From Podarcis liolepis (lineage: Eukaryota), in assembly GCA_965112155.1 (NCBI GenBank), contig OZ218115.1: DNA of 64,000 nucleotides. One strand, 5' to 3'. A program made the position numbers and the translations under genes. Shown piece by piece: positions 14,728 to 27,470 of this stretch (its first letter is position 1; each line of letters begins with the position of its first letter). The notes beneath the pieces are model-generated. The model did not search any database. It was not told the DNA's origin and saw only the letters and a program-made list of their open reading frames with translations.

Positions 14728-14949
14728 AAAGATCTTCTGAATGAGGAGGAAGAGGAGCAGGAAGGCCAGCTGCCCTCGGCCACAACTTCTTCCAGCCCGT
14801 CCCAAGTTGCTCAGCTTGGCACTCATCTATACCAGAAGCACGCAGACCCGCGGGCCGGGCCCTGTCCAGAGCAACTGGGCACAGCACTGGGCAGCCTGGC
14901 TTGCCGGTGCCTCCACCCAAGGGCCAAGCACCGGCCCCCAATGACAGAG
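14728..14949 (+). CDS. IRAK1: IRAK1 exon (kinase C-lobe end)
   Basis: KDLLNEEEEE...LGSLACRCLHPRAKHRPPMTE|gtaggt. Confidence 0.94.
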
Positions 14950-16805
14950 GTAGGTGGCATGAAGGGGGGAGCCGGAGCATTTTGGCCAAGGATGGGGAAC
15001 CTGTGGCCCTCTGCTTGTTGCTGGACCACAGATCCCAGGAATGATAGAAGCCGTCCACCAACAACTGGAGAGCCAAATGTTCCCCAGCCCTGATATAGGC
15101 CTATTCTCTGGGAGCTCCAGTAAACTAAGCTGGGTTTGGCTTGGACAAATCCCTGCCTTGGACCCATCTGTGAAATAGGAAAAAGAAGTGGGACACCAGG
15201 GTAAATCTGTGATTCTGGTTTTGTGTGTGTTTGCGTTTCACTTCCAAGTTCATTCCCCATTCAGGTTCACATTACTCTTGCATACTATTTGCTGTTCTGT
15301 CTCTGTAGTGTTTGGTTTTTTATAAACGAACGCACAGATGACACAACATTTACATACTGTTGGTCCACTGCTTCCTTTTTTTCTAAACCCCTTCCCTCCA
15401 ACAGCACACAACTCCATCTTTCCATACAGCTTTTATGCTCATTTTTAAAACCTTCTTAGCAGTTGGGATGTTTTTCAACAGTCCATAACAGAGGAGCCAT
15501 TCATTAGAAAGGACTTAAGTCAATCAGTTGGAGCTAGATCTCTTACAGCCAAAAGCTATATAAACATCAAAGATTGCAGCCTGCAGTTACATATTTTTCT
15601 CTCTCTTATGGTGAAGAATTTGCAAAACCACTTGGTGTGTCTGCAAGTTTTTAATGTAATACTTCATCTGCCTATTTTGGACCGCAATAAATGTCCTAAA
15701 AGATGGATATGCAAAGCTTGCTTTGACATTACAAATAGGTCCTCAATAATAGTTAGCCATGTTTCATGTTTGCTGTGAGGAAAACTGACACTGGTGGTGC
15801 TCACCCTCTTACCAAAGCCATTTGGGCAAGCAAGGGTGTTTATGTATTATTTGTGCCCCCACAATTACAGAATCCCACTCTCAAAAGTCAAAGCCTGGGC
15901 ATTGTTCATAATTGTTGGGAATCCTCTCTGTGCCAGCTACTGGTGAGCTTGGAGCTGAGCCAGTAAAGAGCTGGGGGTTTTAAGATACTTTCCAGTCCTG
16001 GCTGAATTTTAGTCTGTGAATTGGAATATATGTGTTTCTTCCTTACCTGCGCATTTCTGTGAGCAGGCCATAACATTTTAAATAGGTGGGAAACCACAAG
16101 CAGTAATGGAGTTGGAGGAGACACATACTTATTCCACAGGGCAGGGCTAGGGAACCTGCTGCCTTCCGGAGGTTGTTGGATTCCCATTCCCTCAGCCCCA
16201 GCTGAGGGGGGGGAGGGGTGTGTGCCACAGAGGAGCTTCAGCCCCAGGAAGCTGTTCTGGACAAGTCCTTCTGTCCATCAGTCCTGACTGGTCTAACATC
16301 CACTGTAACGGGGAGTGCAGGCAGCAGCCAGTGGTCTAGGAACAGCGAATAAGTGTTTTGGGCTCCTGCTTCACCTGCTGTCATATTTACTGTACCTTGC
16401 GTTTTCTTTTATACCCACAGCTGTTGGTTCTATACTGGTACTGTGGTTTCTGCTGACTCTAGGCCTCTGACTCCAGCTTGATGCTCTCCAGATGTGGTTG
16501 CACTCCAGTTTCCAACATCTGGGGCTGATGGGAGCTGGAGTCTAAAACCATTTGGAGGGTCCCGGCTGGGGGAGGCTGCACTGTATGTACTGCCTTCTGT
16601 CCTTTGGGCATTACCAGTGCCCTGAGTGTTAAGGCCAGCAATGGGGTAGGAGCAAATAGATCCAAGGAAAGAATGTGACTTTCTGTCTGCAAGGGGGTTG
16701 CCCCCAACTTTTTTTTTTTTGCCTTGCTGGGTATTCTGGGAAATTACTGTGCCTTCTTATTTGAGCCCCCCACCCTGCCAACTTACTCCTCCTCCTGTCT
16801 TTAAG

Positions 16806-17019
16806 GTATACCGAGAGCTAGAGAGGCTCCAGCTACTGCTGTGCAAAGAGTCTTTCCCCACTTTGCAACCCCTGAGACAGCTGCATACTCCACAAGAGGA
16901 TTCATACACCTCCAGGCCTCTCAACCAGCCTGAGGAGAGTGATGAAAGCCTGGAGGGCAGCCTGAGGCTGCTGAGCTACAGAAGTGTGCCCAGAGGGAAT
17001 ATCTCTGTAGGCCAACTAG
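16806..17019 (+). CDS. IRAK1: IRAK1 exon (C-terminal TRAF6-binding region)
   Basis: VYRELERLQ...PQEDSY...PEESDE...GQL(G)|gtaagg. Confidence 0.9.
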
Positions 17020-17301
17020 GTAAGGCACTGCAGGCGGCTTCAGTCCCTCCCCCACGCTTCAGGGAGGATTGGCCAACTGACTGGACATGTATGGGCAAAT
17101 AACAAGCATTTTTCAAGAATTGTACTTAATTGAACCAAATATTGAGTAACTGTTACAGAACAGTGACATTCCAATTCTAAATTTTCTATGTTTTTAGCAG
17201 TTCTTATTTTTATCTGTAAGCTGCTGTGATAAATGGCATCAGCTCATAACCTTGTGCAAACTGAACAGTTCTTCTTTACCATTTTATTTTGAGCCCTAGG
17301 G

Positions 17302-17409
17302 CAGGCATAGGCAAACTCCGGCCCTCCAGATGTTTGGGACTACAATCCCCATCATCCCTGACCACTGGTCCTGTAAGCTAGGGGTGATGGGAATTGTAGT
17401 CCCAAAACA
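17302..17409. mobile_element. Truncated palindromic hAT-like MITE
   Basis: CAGGCATAGGCAAAC start; internal hairpin GGGACTACAATCCCCATCA...TGATGGGAATTGTAGTCCC; related fragments at about 16130, 22340, 29855 and 46930. Confidence 0.6.
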
Positions 17410-17715
17410 AATTTTTTTAAGCAAAAGTTACAAATTTGCCTGAAAGGGATGAATAAAGCACACACAGCAATACTAAGACAAAAGTTATATTTAAATGGGG
17501 TTGTGACCATAGTACAGGATAGGGGACAGTTGATTCTAAAGCAGGTGTGCAGATAAGTGTATTACACCCAATTCTGCAAGCCTGGAAGGCCCTTCCTCCT
17601 TTTTCTTTCTTTGTTGGTTTCTTGCTTTCAGATGTAGAAATCATAAAATTAAACAGATGGGCCACTACCTGCAAAAGTGCACTCTTGACTTGATAGAATG
17701 TTTGAGGGAAACTGT

Positions 17716-17812
17716 TTTGCATGCAGGAGGTCCCAGGTGCAATCCAGGGCATCTCCAGGTGGGCCTGACAGAGGCTCCTGTTTGAAACCCTGGAGATCCG
17801 TTTCCCATCGAC
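17716..17812 (+). mobile_element. tRNA-derived SINE fragment
   Basis: TTTTGCATGCAGGAGGTCCCAGGTGCAATCC (box-B-like); related copy at about 58780-58940. Confidence 0.45.
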
Positions 17813-18192
17813 GAAGATGTGATAAAAAGCAGATTCTAATGTAGCCACAGGACAGCTATCTGAACCCTGAAGTGTTCCTCTTAGTTGCACCTGAAGAACT
17901 ATGACATGTTCAGCTACCCTCTTTGAAACCTGTTAACATGCTTCTTTTTTGACATCTCTTCCCCCTACCCTTCCACATTTCAGACCAGATTGTTCTGTGG
18001 TATCACCACCAACTAGAATTTGATAATTCCTGCCCTATTCTTGATTTTAACTTCATTAGTCCATTTCTCTCTTTTTTAAAAAAATAACTTTCTTTCGGTG
18101 CAAGATTCTTAAGACAGCTTCCACCACCAAGTTAAAAGCCCTCCTGTATGACTAACAAAATAACAGTAAAATAGCAGACAAACCTAACAACA

Positions 18193-20540
18193 AAGAATCA
18201 TAGAGTTGCAGTGTCATCTAGTCCAACCCTCTGCAATGTAGGAACCTCAATTGAAGCATCCATGACAGACAGATGGCCATTCAACTTCTGCTTAAAAACT
18301 TAAAAGGAAGGAGAGTCCCTCCTGAGGGAGTCTGTTCCACTGCCAGAAAGGGAGTCCATTGAACAGTGTCAGAAAGTTCTTCCTGATATTAAGCCAAAAT
18401 CTCCTTTCTTGTAACTTGAAGCCATTGGTTCAAGCCCTATCCTTCAGAGCAGGAGAAAACATGCTTGCTCCATCTTCCATGTGACAGCCCTTGAGATATT
18501 TGAAGATGGCTATCATCTCTATTTTTTCCCCAGGTTAAAGTTACCCAGCATCTTCAACCATTCATGGTTTCCAGACCCTTGATCATCTTGGTTGCCCTCC
18601 TCTGCACACATTCCAGCTTGTCAACATCCTTCTTAAATTGTGGCACACAGAACTGGACACAGTATTCCAGGTGTGGTCTGACCAAGGCAGAATAGAGTGG
18701 TACCATGACTTTCCTTGATCTGGACATTGATGCAGCCTAGCATAGCTTTTGCTTTTTTGCAGCTGCATCACACTGTTGACTCTTGTTAAGCTTGTGGTCC
18801 ACTAAGACCCCTAGATTCTTTTCACGTGTACTACTAGTAAGCCATGTGTCCATCATCTTACCTTTGTGCAGCTGGTTCTTTCTGCCTAAGTGCAGAACAT
18901 TATATTTATCCATATTGAAATTCATTTTGTTAGTTTTGGTCCTTTACCCAATCTGTTAAGGTAATCTTGAACTCTGATTCTGTCTTTTGCAGCATGAGCT
19001 ACCCCTCCCAGTTTGGTGTCATCTGCAAATTTGATTAACATCCCTTCAATTCCTTCATTTATAAAGATGTTGAGTAACAATGGTCCCTAGGGTGGCGCTG
19101 TGGGTAAAACCTCAGTGCCTAGGACTTGCCAATTGTATGGTCGGCGGTTCAAATCCCCGCGGCGGGGTGAGCTCCTGTCTTTCGGTCCCAGCTCCTGCCC
19201 ACCTAGCAGTTCGAAAGCACCCCTAAGTCCAAGTAGATAAATGGGTACCGCTTTATAGCGGGAAGGTAAACGGCGTTTCCGTGTGCTGCGCTGGTGCAGG
19301 CTCGCCAGAGCAGCTTCGTCACACTGGCCATGTGACCCGGAAGTGTCTCCGAACAGCGCTGGCCCCCGGCCTCTTAAGTGAGATGGGCGCACAACCCTAG
19401 AGTCGGACACGACTGGCCTGTACGGGCAGGGGTACCTTTATCTTTAACAATGGTCCCAGGATAGAACCCCGCTTGTAACTTTTTCCCAGGATGACAAGGA
19501 ACCCTTAATGAGTACCCTTTGGGTTTGGTCAGTCAACCAGCTACAAATCCACCTGACAGTTACCTTGTTCAACCCACATTTTACCAGCTTCCTCACAAGA
19601 TTTGTCAAAAGCCTTATTGAAATCAAGGTACACTATGTCTGTAGCATTCCCCTGATTCACCATGCTTGTAACTCTTAGCAGTAAAAGAAAGAAGATTTGT
19701 CTGGCATGACTTGTTTTTGGTAAACCCATTCTCAGTCTAAGTAGTCACAGCATCCTTTTCTAAGTGCTCACAGACCAGCCATTTAATTAATCTATTCTAG
19801 GACCTTTCCTGGTATTGATGTCATACTCACTGGTCAGGAGTTACTTGGATCTTCTTTTTTCTCCTTTTTGAAGATAGGGGTCAACATTTTCCCACCTCCA
19901 GACTGCAGGGACCTCACCTGCTCTCCAAGAATTCTCAAAGATTATAGACTGAGGCTCTGAGATTATATCCGCAAGCTCCTTTAGTATCCTTGGGTGCAGC
20001 TCATCAGGCCTAAGAGATTTGAATTCATTTAATGAAGCTAGGTCTTCTCTTACCACCTCTTTTCCTATCTTTGTCTGCAGTTCCCTCCTTACATCACTTA
20101 CTATGTTATCACCAGGTTGGGCACTGCTTTCCTTTTGGGTGAAGATGGAGACAAAGTAGGTGTTGAGCAGGTCTGTCTTCGCTCTGTCACCTCATAGCAC
20201 CCGATAGAGGACTCCATGCAGAGGACATGTTACTTGCTTCCTCTTCCTCTTGCTTCAAGGACAGCCAAAGAAACACTTTATTTTTATTATTTTTAGCCAG
20301 TCTTGCAAGCCTAAGCTCATTCTGAGCTTTAGCCCATCTGACCTCCCTGCTGTTGGCTACTCTTGGCTGCTTCTGTATACTTCTCCTTCGTGATATCCCC
20401 TTTCTTCCATTTCTTATACATGCCCTACTTAACTCTCAGCTCATGTCCCTTATGTAGCCACACTGGTTTCTATAGATGCCTCCCACTTTTCTTTCTTGTT
20501 GGAACTGTCTGCCTTCAACATTTCACCTTTATGAAACTGC
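18193..20540 (-). mobile_element. CR1 LINE (3' part, degenerate), interrupted by a SINE
   Basis: Minus-strand ORF2 remnants PDELHPRILKELADIISEP, DIVYLDFNKAFD, VLHLGRKNQLH, LGVLVDHKLN; CR1-type tail near 18195 (agaatcataga). Confidence 0.9.
19088..19445 (+). mobile_element. Near full-length Sauria-type SINE
   Basis: tRNA-like head (GGTGGCGCTGTGGG...GGTTCAAATCC), ACCTTT-type tail; 12-13 bp TSD (T)AACAATGGTCCC at 19075-19087 and 19445-19457. Confidence 0.85.
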
Positions 20541-20831
20541 CATCCATCATGGACTCCCTTCTCTTTACTTGAGTTTAAAAGCAGCAGTAAAACCATAGGG
20601 ATCTTTTTAAAAATCCTGGGCAAATAAAACTCTTCAATTAGCATTAGTCAGCACCAGCTAAACAGATAAGTAAGGGAGTCCCATAAATGTGGTAACACTA
20701 CTTAGAAGACCTTTGCCTTGGCAAGAACTGCCTCCCATCAGGAGGTAGAGGCACCCAGAGTTGGGCCTCTGATGATGGTCTTAACATCTGGGCCAGTTGT
20801 CACTCAGTGCTTGGCGCCTTTCTCTCTCCAG

Positions 20832-20954
20832 GCGACTCTGCCCCTCAGATTGTCATCAACCCAGCAAGGAGGCGTATGATGGAGCGGTTGGCACTCTACC
20901 GCGACGGAGAGCTTACCAGCCTGGAGGTGCTTGCTTCTACAGCGTCAGGGGAAG
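20832..20954 (+). CDS. IRAK1: IRAK1 penultimate exon
   Basis: DSAPQIVINPARRRMMERLALYRDGELTSLEVLAS, similar to human PQIIINPARQKMVQKLALYEDG. Confidence 0.93.
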
Positions 20955-21804
20955 GTAACCTTCCTGCTGCTGCTTCTGCGGATGGAGGGTGGCACTAGTC
21001 AATCTCCCAAATGACCCTGTTGGGTTAGGCAGATTAATTCATCATCACCCCTCCCTCTCATCCTCCATCATGGAATGAAAAGTCTTAAGCAGGTGTTGAG
21101 CTCTCTTTGTTGAACATATGTGTGGTGCAAGGGCACTCTGGCCTAAGCCATGCGCACTGGGTGTCATGTTTGTGTAGGGACATGTGTGCATAGAATCTGA
21201 AACAGACAGGATTGAATCCAGACATAATCCTACATAGAAGAGACCCATTGAAATCTAGCCCTTGTGAGAGTAGAGATTACAAAATCTCTACTTATTCAAA
21301 GTCTGCTGTTTGTATCCAGGGTGGCTTGCAGCCCTTTCTCAAGGCCTCCAGTCATATCTGCCTCCCCTTAGTTGCTTCTGCTCTTCATTATCTCTTTTCT
21401 TCTCCCTCCCCCCTGTCCCCCCCTGCAGCTGAACTATGCCTTGTCAAAAACGCCAACCTTTAAAATCTTGAGATACCTCAAACCAATCTGTCAAACTGAT
21501 TATAATATGTCAAGCAGTATTTATTTATTTTTACTATTGACATATTTTTTCTGTGTAGAATTTAGGTTCCCCACAGATGCTAGGATAGGTGAGGCTAGAA
21601 GGCTAATATAATATAGCCAACTGCACTTGAGAGTGGAGCAAATCACAAGAGGGCTTCAGGGTGAAATTGCATTTTTCTGGAGGGGCGTGCAGCCGAAATG
21701 GCGCCAAAAAAGAAAAACTTCTGGGTCAAGTACCCTCAGGCTGTACGCTTGACTTCTCTTTTCTCACAGAAACAGATCAAGAACTGCCTCCTTCTTTGAT
21801 AGAG

Positions 21805-21806
<2 letters not shown>

Positions 21807-21849
<43 letters not shown>
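21807..21849. repeat. (CA)n microsatellite
   Basis: About 21 CA units. Confidence 0.95.
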
Positions 21850-21851
<2 letters not shown>

Positions 21852-22848
21852 CTTCCCAGACTGTAGTTTTGGGCCACACAAAGCCTATGTTTCATGTGGT
21901 CTCAGCCACCCTGGGCTTTGCCATGCCTTCCTGTTGTGGACCAGGAAGTTTCTTTTTTATTTTAGAAGGGTTGGGGTCTGCATCTCGGCCTGCATTTCAT
22001 GTGAAGATGAGAAGAGTTAATGTGGCCAAGGAGGGCAGGAGGGGGTGTCTGCCCCCCACCAAGTCACCTCCTCCGCTACCTGGTGTTGGGAAGCGTATTG
22101 CGGAGTGAGGTTCTATACGGTTTAGTCATTGTAACTAATGGTTACTGAAATAGTGGTCCTTCATAAATTTGTTTAATCCCCCTTTAAACCATCATCACAT
22201 CTTGTGGCAGAGACTTCTATAAAACGTGTATTATGTGGAAAAAGTACCTTTTTGATCATTGGTATCTCTAACCTAACCTAGTGCTGTTTTCTATGCCTGG
22301 CAGTGTTCCTGCCCTCCTCCCTCAGATCCTGTAATTCAGAGCTGCCAGATGTTGCTGGACTTTCATCATCCCTGGCCACTGGCACTGCTTGCTGGAACTG
22401 ATGGGAGTTGTAGTCAACAACATACAATCTTATTTTATCTGTAAGCTGCCTTGAATCCCTGTCAGTGAAAAAGGCAGGGCATAAATATATATAATAATAA
22501 GTGGGGTGGTGAACTGGAGATTGAATGTGAGAATTCATACATGCAAAGCAATATTAATCTACCACTGAATGGGGGCCCCCAATTTTTTTCTAAGGGTGTG
22601 GGCCCTTTTGCCTCCCATAGCAGGAGGACTGAGAAATCAGCCCAGAACCCCTTGGCACTTATAGCAAGAATCATGCATGTAAGGCAATTCCATGGAGCAT
22701 GGCCAAGGCCAGGCAAATTCCTCCCACCCCATTACAATTTCTGTGTTCTAGCTTTAGGGGGTAGGTGCCAAACGCACTGTGCTGGCAGTGACCTGAGGGA
22801 TCATGTACGCTATAAAGGATCTCTAATGAATTCTATTCCCTCCTCCAG

Positions 22849-22901
22849 ATCACCTTGCAGAACCCCCTCGTGAGCCCGAAGAGAGTGATGAATTTGAGTG
22901 A
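22849..22901 (+). CDS. IRAK1: IRAK1 last coding exon
   Basis: ctccag|AT CAC...: (D)HLAEPPREPEESDEFE* (human ends PEESDEFQS). Confidence 0.93.
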
Positions 22902-23230
22902 TGAACTTGAGTGACATGGAAGGATTAAAGTTCTCACAGCGCTGCCGGCACTTTGCGTTTTACAGGGTCCCACCATCCCTTGGGGGGGTCACATTCCTTA
23001 GCTGGTACCACCAACCCTGTGGCACCCAGGGGTCCTGGTGGAATCCGGCATCAAGTTAACAACACAGCTCAAGCGGGGGGTGGCAGGGGCAATGGAGTCT
23101 ATTTGAATAGGAGATTAAAGTTTCTACCCCAAAAGGGCAGTAGGAGGAGGGGATTTGTGTAGATTTTTACCCCTATGACCCTCCCTGCAAACGTCTCCGC
23201 ACTACGTACTCCTTTTTCTTGAAGACAGTA

Positions 23231-23236
23231 AATAAA
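23231..23236 (+). terminator. Putative IRAK1 polyadenylation signal
   Basis: AATAAA about 330 nt after the stop, followed by a U/GU-rich tract. Confidence 0.6.
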
Positions 23237-24329
23237 ATATTTTATATATTTGTAACCTGTCTGTATCCTTTTGGCTTACAAATTGTACTTGGTACTGACA
23301 GAGGTCTGTTTTTTGTTTTGCTAGATTCATGTGGTATTAGGCTGAACAGCCAGCCTCTTAGGATATGGCAGTTTGTGACAAGGGAGAAGGAGAAAAACCA
23401 TTTTCCCCCATGTTCTCAGTGTGCTGTGAATTCTGCCTGCCTTCCTCTTCCTACTTTTCCAGGATGAGAAGATGAGACAGTCACAAAGGAAGAAGATGGA
23501 AGCCAAAATCCCAAATAGGATGGTGCAGACAGTTGCTTATTCTCTCTTTCTGACCCCTTTAAAGTGTGTCAAAGCAAGGGTAAAGAGGTGTCTGTAGGTG
23601 CTGCAGGTGGCCAGAGTCATGATTAAGAGTTGCTTGTATTTCCCCTGGTCTCTCTCCATGCAGAGCTGGCAGTGGAGCAGTCAGTTGTAGCACCAGCAAG
23701 CTGCCCAACTGAATCTGCATGGTGGGCTGGCATGCTGAAACATTTTGCTGCCTGAATCAGAAAAGCCAAAGGGCAGCTGCTTCATTCTAGAGTGGCACAG
23801 GACACACTGGAGACCTTTGCCTCTCTCACTCACTAGACAAATGTATAATGATCTTATTTATCCTATTTGGTTTTTCTGTATAGTCTGATCTATGAAGCAT
23901 CAGTTGCGGGCCATGGTGGGAATTCATGGAGTGGCTCCAGTGCCATTCTGAGAGCCCAGATACTGGTGAACTGCTTTATATGTGAGTTCCTGAATAGTTT
24001 GAATCTAATCACTTCACATAAAACCTAATTTGCAGTCATATGCTATCTGCTGCTTGGACATTGTGGGGGATGATGCAAGTGACATGATTAGAGGATGAAT
24101 CCAGACAAGTTTGAAGTAATTTATTTTGACTTGGGAGAGGACAAGGAGGACAGGAAAACCAGGATCTTGCTGGTGTCTCACAGCAATAAAAAGTCTATGT
24201 TCCCTGGCTGTTCAGCCATGCCTAACAAATCGGGTTGTCAAAAATGCGTTTGTGGCTGGTCTTAAAAGTTACTGTGGAACAACAGGGAAAATGTGGTCTC
24301 TGGTAGACAGAGCCCTAAACTTGCTGTGA

Positions 24330-24870
24330 ATAGGATCATGGGAAATGTCAATTCTGCACAAGAGCATAAGAGCCTGCTGGGTCAGGCCAAGGAGCCATCT
24401 AGTCCAGCCTCCTGTTCTCCCAGTGGCCAACCAGGTGCCTGTGGGAAACCAGCAAGCGGAACCTGAGCACAAGAGCATCTCTCCTCTTCTGTGGTTTCCA
24501 GCAGCTGGTATCGGGAAGCCTTGCTGCCTCCATCCTGGCTAGTCACGGAGAGCCCTCTGCTCCTTGAATTTGTCTAATCCTCTTTTACAGCCATCCAAGT
24601 CAATGGTCATCGCTGCCTCCTGGGGGAGCAAGTTCCATAGTCTACACACTGTATGAAGTACTTTTTAAAAATCTGTCTTGAGTCTTCCAGCATTCAACTT
24701 CACTGGATGTTCCTAATGAGCTCCAGTGTTATGAAGAGGAGAAAAACCTCTCTCTATCCCCTTTCTCCCTCCATGCATAATTGTATAAACTTTGATCATG
24801 TCGCCTCTTACTCACCTTTTCTCTAAAAAGTTCCAAATGCTGAAGTCTTTCTTCATTCCACTGATCATTT
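24330..24870 (-). mobile_element. CR1-type LINE 3' fragment
   Basis: CATAAGAGCCTGCTGGGTCAGGCCAAGG...CCATCTAGTCCAGC CR1 3'-end signature; reverse remnant EERLQHLELF...; boundaries approximate. Confidence 0.6.
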
Positions 24871-25146
24871 GGGTGGGTTTGTTTTTTGTTTTTAAACTCT
24901 TCCAAATACTTCTGCATGTGGCAGTAATGAAAAGGGCAAATGCTAAGGTTGGAATTATTGGAAACAGGATTGGAAATAAAATAATAAAGGTTAGCCATAA
25001 AAGAATATACGATAATAATGTAGGCCCAGAGTTGCAGAGGTGTGAATGGCAATTGCTTTATCTCAACCCAAGGGATCCTTAGAGGTGAGAAGATGACTAG
25101 CAACCAATAAACTCCGTCATCCAGAGGTGCCCATAGTTGTCTAGCG

Positions 25147-25381
25147 CAGGGGTCAGCAAACGTTTTCAGCAGGAGACTGTCCCTCAGATCTTGTGGGGGG
25201 CCGGACTATATTTTTTTGGGGGGGGAGGGAAGGAACAAATTCCACAAATAAGGCAGAGATGCATTTTAAATAAAAGCACACATTCTACTCATGTAAAAAC
25301 ATGCTGATTCCTGGACTGTCCGCGGGCCGAATTTAGAAGGTGATTGGGCTGGATCCAGCCCCCGGGCCTTAGGTTGCCTAC
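25147..25381. mobile_element. hAT-like MITE
   Basis: CAGGGGTCAGCAAAC start, GGGCCGGA/GGGCCGAA internal motifs, ...GTTGCCTAC end. Confidence 0.55.
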
Positions 25382-26630
25382 TAAGGCAACCATTATAGCA
25401 CTGACTTGGTACTATTTTCAAAGCTCAAAAGTACTGCTTTGGACTTACAGGGCCTGGACCCACCTTTCTATGGAGATTGGGAGTACAAAGGTGAAGATTG
25501 TTGGGGGAGATAGCAGATCCTAGAAGTACTTGGTAAGAAAGAAAAAGAAAAGCCTCTCACTAAATAAACTCCAGAGCAGGAATACTGACCTCTTTCCCAT
25601 CTATTTCCCAAACTTATTTATTATGCCTTTATTGGTGTCAGGCTTTCTATCCTCTACAGCACTGGAAAAGGAAAAATGTGTCCTCATAAAACAGTGGTCT
25701 AAAGGGGAGGGTGCATTTTCTGGGAGATTATCCCTTGAAAGCCATATGCCAACTAAAGGCATGCGTGCACACAGACACACACACACACACACACAGATTG
25801 CCACCAGTATTGTTTATGGAGAATCTCAAGTGAGAGAAAAATAATGTGGAGCAGTGATCTTTTAATCCCCCCCCCCTCGTTCACCTGTGTGAAAGCAGGC
25901 TGAGGGTGGCACAAACTTAGGCCAGAGGTTAAATTCTGGTGCCTGACGGCCCTTTGAGACCATCACCTCCCTGATACTCCATCACAGCTTTTCAAATCAA
26001 CAGCACACCTTCCTGATAGTACTATGTGTGTATGTACGTACACACACACACATTATCTCTGTGTGTGTATATGTAGAGAGAGAGGTGTGATTTGGGTGTT
26101 TTAATAAGTGCCTCATTGCCTGCCCTGACACTCTGTGGAGGTTGGTCCATAGGGGCAAATAGGGCTCTGGCCTAGCAACTTCAGCCTTCGATTCCTCCAA
26201 GCCCACCTGCCTTTACTTGCAATCAGTCTAGAGGGTGTTTCTGGCTGCCACCTTCCTCCTTGGTCTCAGTGCTGCCCTTGTAGAACTAGCAGGCTGGCAC
26301 TAGAATCAATGAGCTCTGTTTCTACCTACTGCTTCCCTATCTCCCTGTCTTCTGCCCTGCCAGTCCCAGTGGACACCAGCCTCCGCAGCTGAGACCTTTC
26401 TACTTGGGCAGGAAATAAACAGAACAAGCAACACTGTAGAAAGAGGTCCTTACCAACACCCCTGCCGGCCCTCTTGCACATGAAGTGAGGCTGGAGAAGT
26501 TTCTGTATGCAGCTTTTTATTTCAGATCCAGCAATTAAAAACCCCTCTGCCATTGCAGCCATAGCTAATGTTATGTACTTTGACTGTTAAGTTTATTTTA
26601 AAAATTGGCATGTGACGATTGTGGACTAAT

Positions 26631-27470
26631 TCACTGAGACCAGAGCTGGCGCCTGCTCAGCTGGGTCAAAAAGAGGAAGGCAAAATGGAACTGCAGCACA
26701 TCGCAGATCTTCGACCAAAAGTGGCCAGTAAGCCGGCGGAAGGGTGCCCATTGTGCCAGCTCCTGGTCCCACAGCTTGAGGCTCACAAAGCCCAGGCAAG
26801 AGACCAATCCTAGCACCAGGATCCAAGCCGACCGGGCATTACCCAAATGCCTCTGCGCCTTCAGTGCTCTCCAAACAATTATAAATATATGTCCACTCAA
26901 TGCCAGCTCAAAGCCTTGGGGGTGAAGCAATGCCAGAACATAGCTCGCCAGTGAAGCTGCTTCCATGGCCAGGAAAGTGCCTGGTTGCCACCCGTGCTCC
27001 AGAAAGTGACACCAGACAACACCCCAAGCAAAAATTGGCAATGTCAACCACTGATCTAAGACAGCGGCCCAGTGATGCTGTGTCCAGAGTCGCACCCATT
27101 GTACAGGCCCATATGCCAGCGCCATAAGGGCAAAGACCTCCTGGAGGTAGCCTGCCTGCCCTCTCTCATCACCTGAAGGCAGCCAGTGCCAGCCCAGAAA
27201 GATGTAGGCCAAGTTGACTAAACAATTGGCAGGCATAGCCAGTACGGGAGGCAATCCTGACACAGTTGGTTCAGCATAGTACTTGTACCCAACTTCCGTG
27301 TGAACACCGTCAAAGACTCCTGAAGCCACAAGTCCCACACACAGCAGGAGACCTCCAGACACCAGCAAGAGTGGTTCTCTGCCTCCTGGTTTCCTCACAG
27401 TCCTTTCCGAAGTTCTGGAGGATTCTTCCTGAATGACGGCTGAACTACAGCAACTGTTCTGCTGTGACAT
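26631..27470 (-). CDS. TMEM187: Transmembrane protein 187 (single coding exon, 279 aa from the first in-frame ATG)
   Basis: GYKYYAE, AMPANCLVN, YGPVQWVRLWTQ, AVLDQWLTLPIFAW, LTGHFWSKICDVLQFHFAFLFLT match TMEM187. The ORF-track start at 27509 is GTG; the first ATG is 27470 (MSQQ). Syntenic between IRAK1 and HCFC1. Confidence 0.95.
   Translation of the reverse strand: MSQQNSCCSSAVIQEESSRTSERTVRKPGGREPLLLVSGGLLLCVGLVASGVFDGVHTEVGYKYYAEPTVSGLPPVLAMPANCLVNLAYIFLGWHWLPSGDERGQAGYLQEVFALMALAYGPVQWVRLWTQHHWAAVLDQWLTLPIFAWGVVWCHFLEHGWQPGTFLAMEAASLASYVLALLHPQGFELALSGHIFIIVWRALKAQRHLGNARSAWILVLGLVSCLGFVSLKLWDQELAQWAPFRRLTGHFWSKICDVLQFHFAFLFLTQLSRRQLWSQ

Noticed and set aside
19088-19170. tRNA gene
   Set aside because: The A/B-box-like sequence is the head of the SINE, bounded by TSDs, with no complete cloverleaf.
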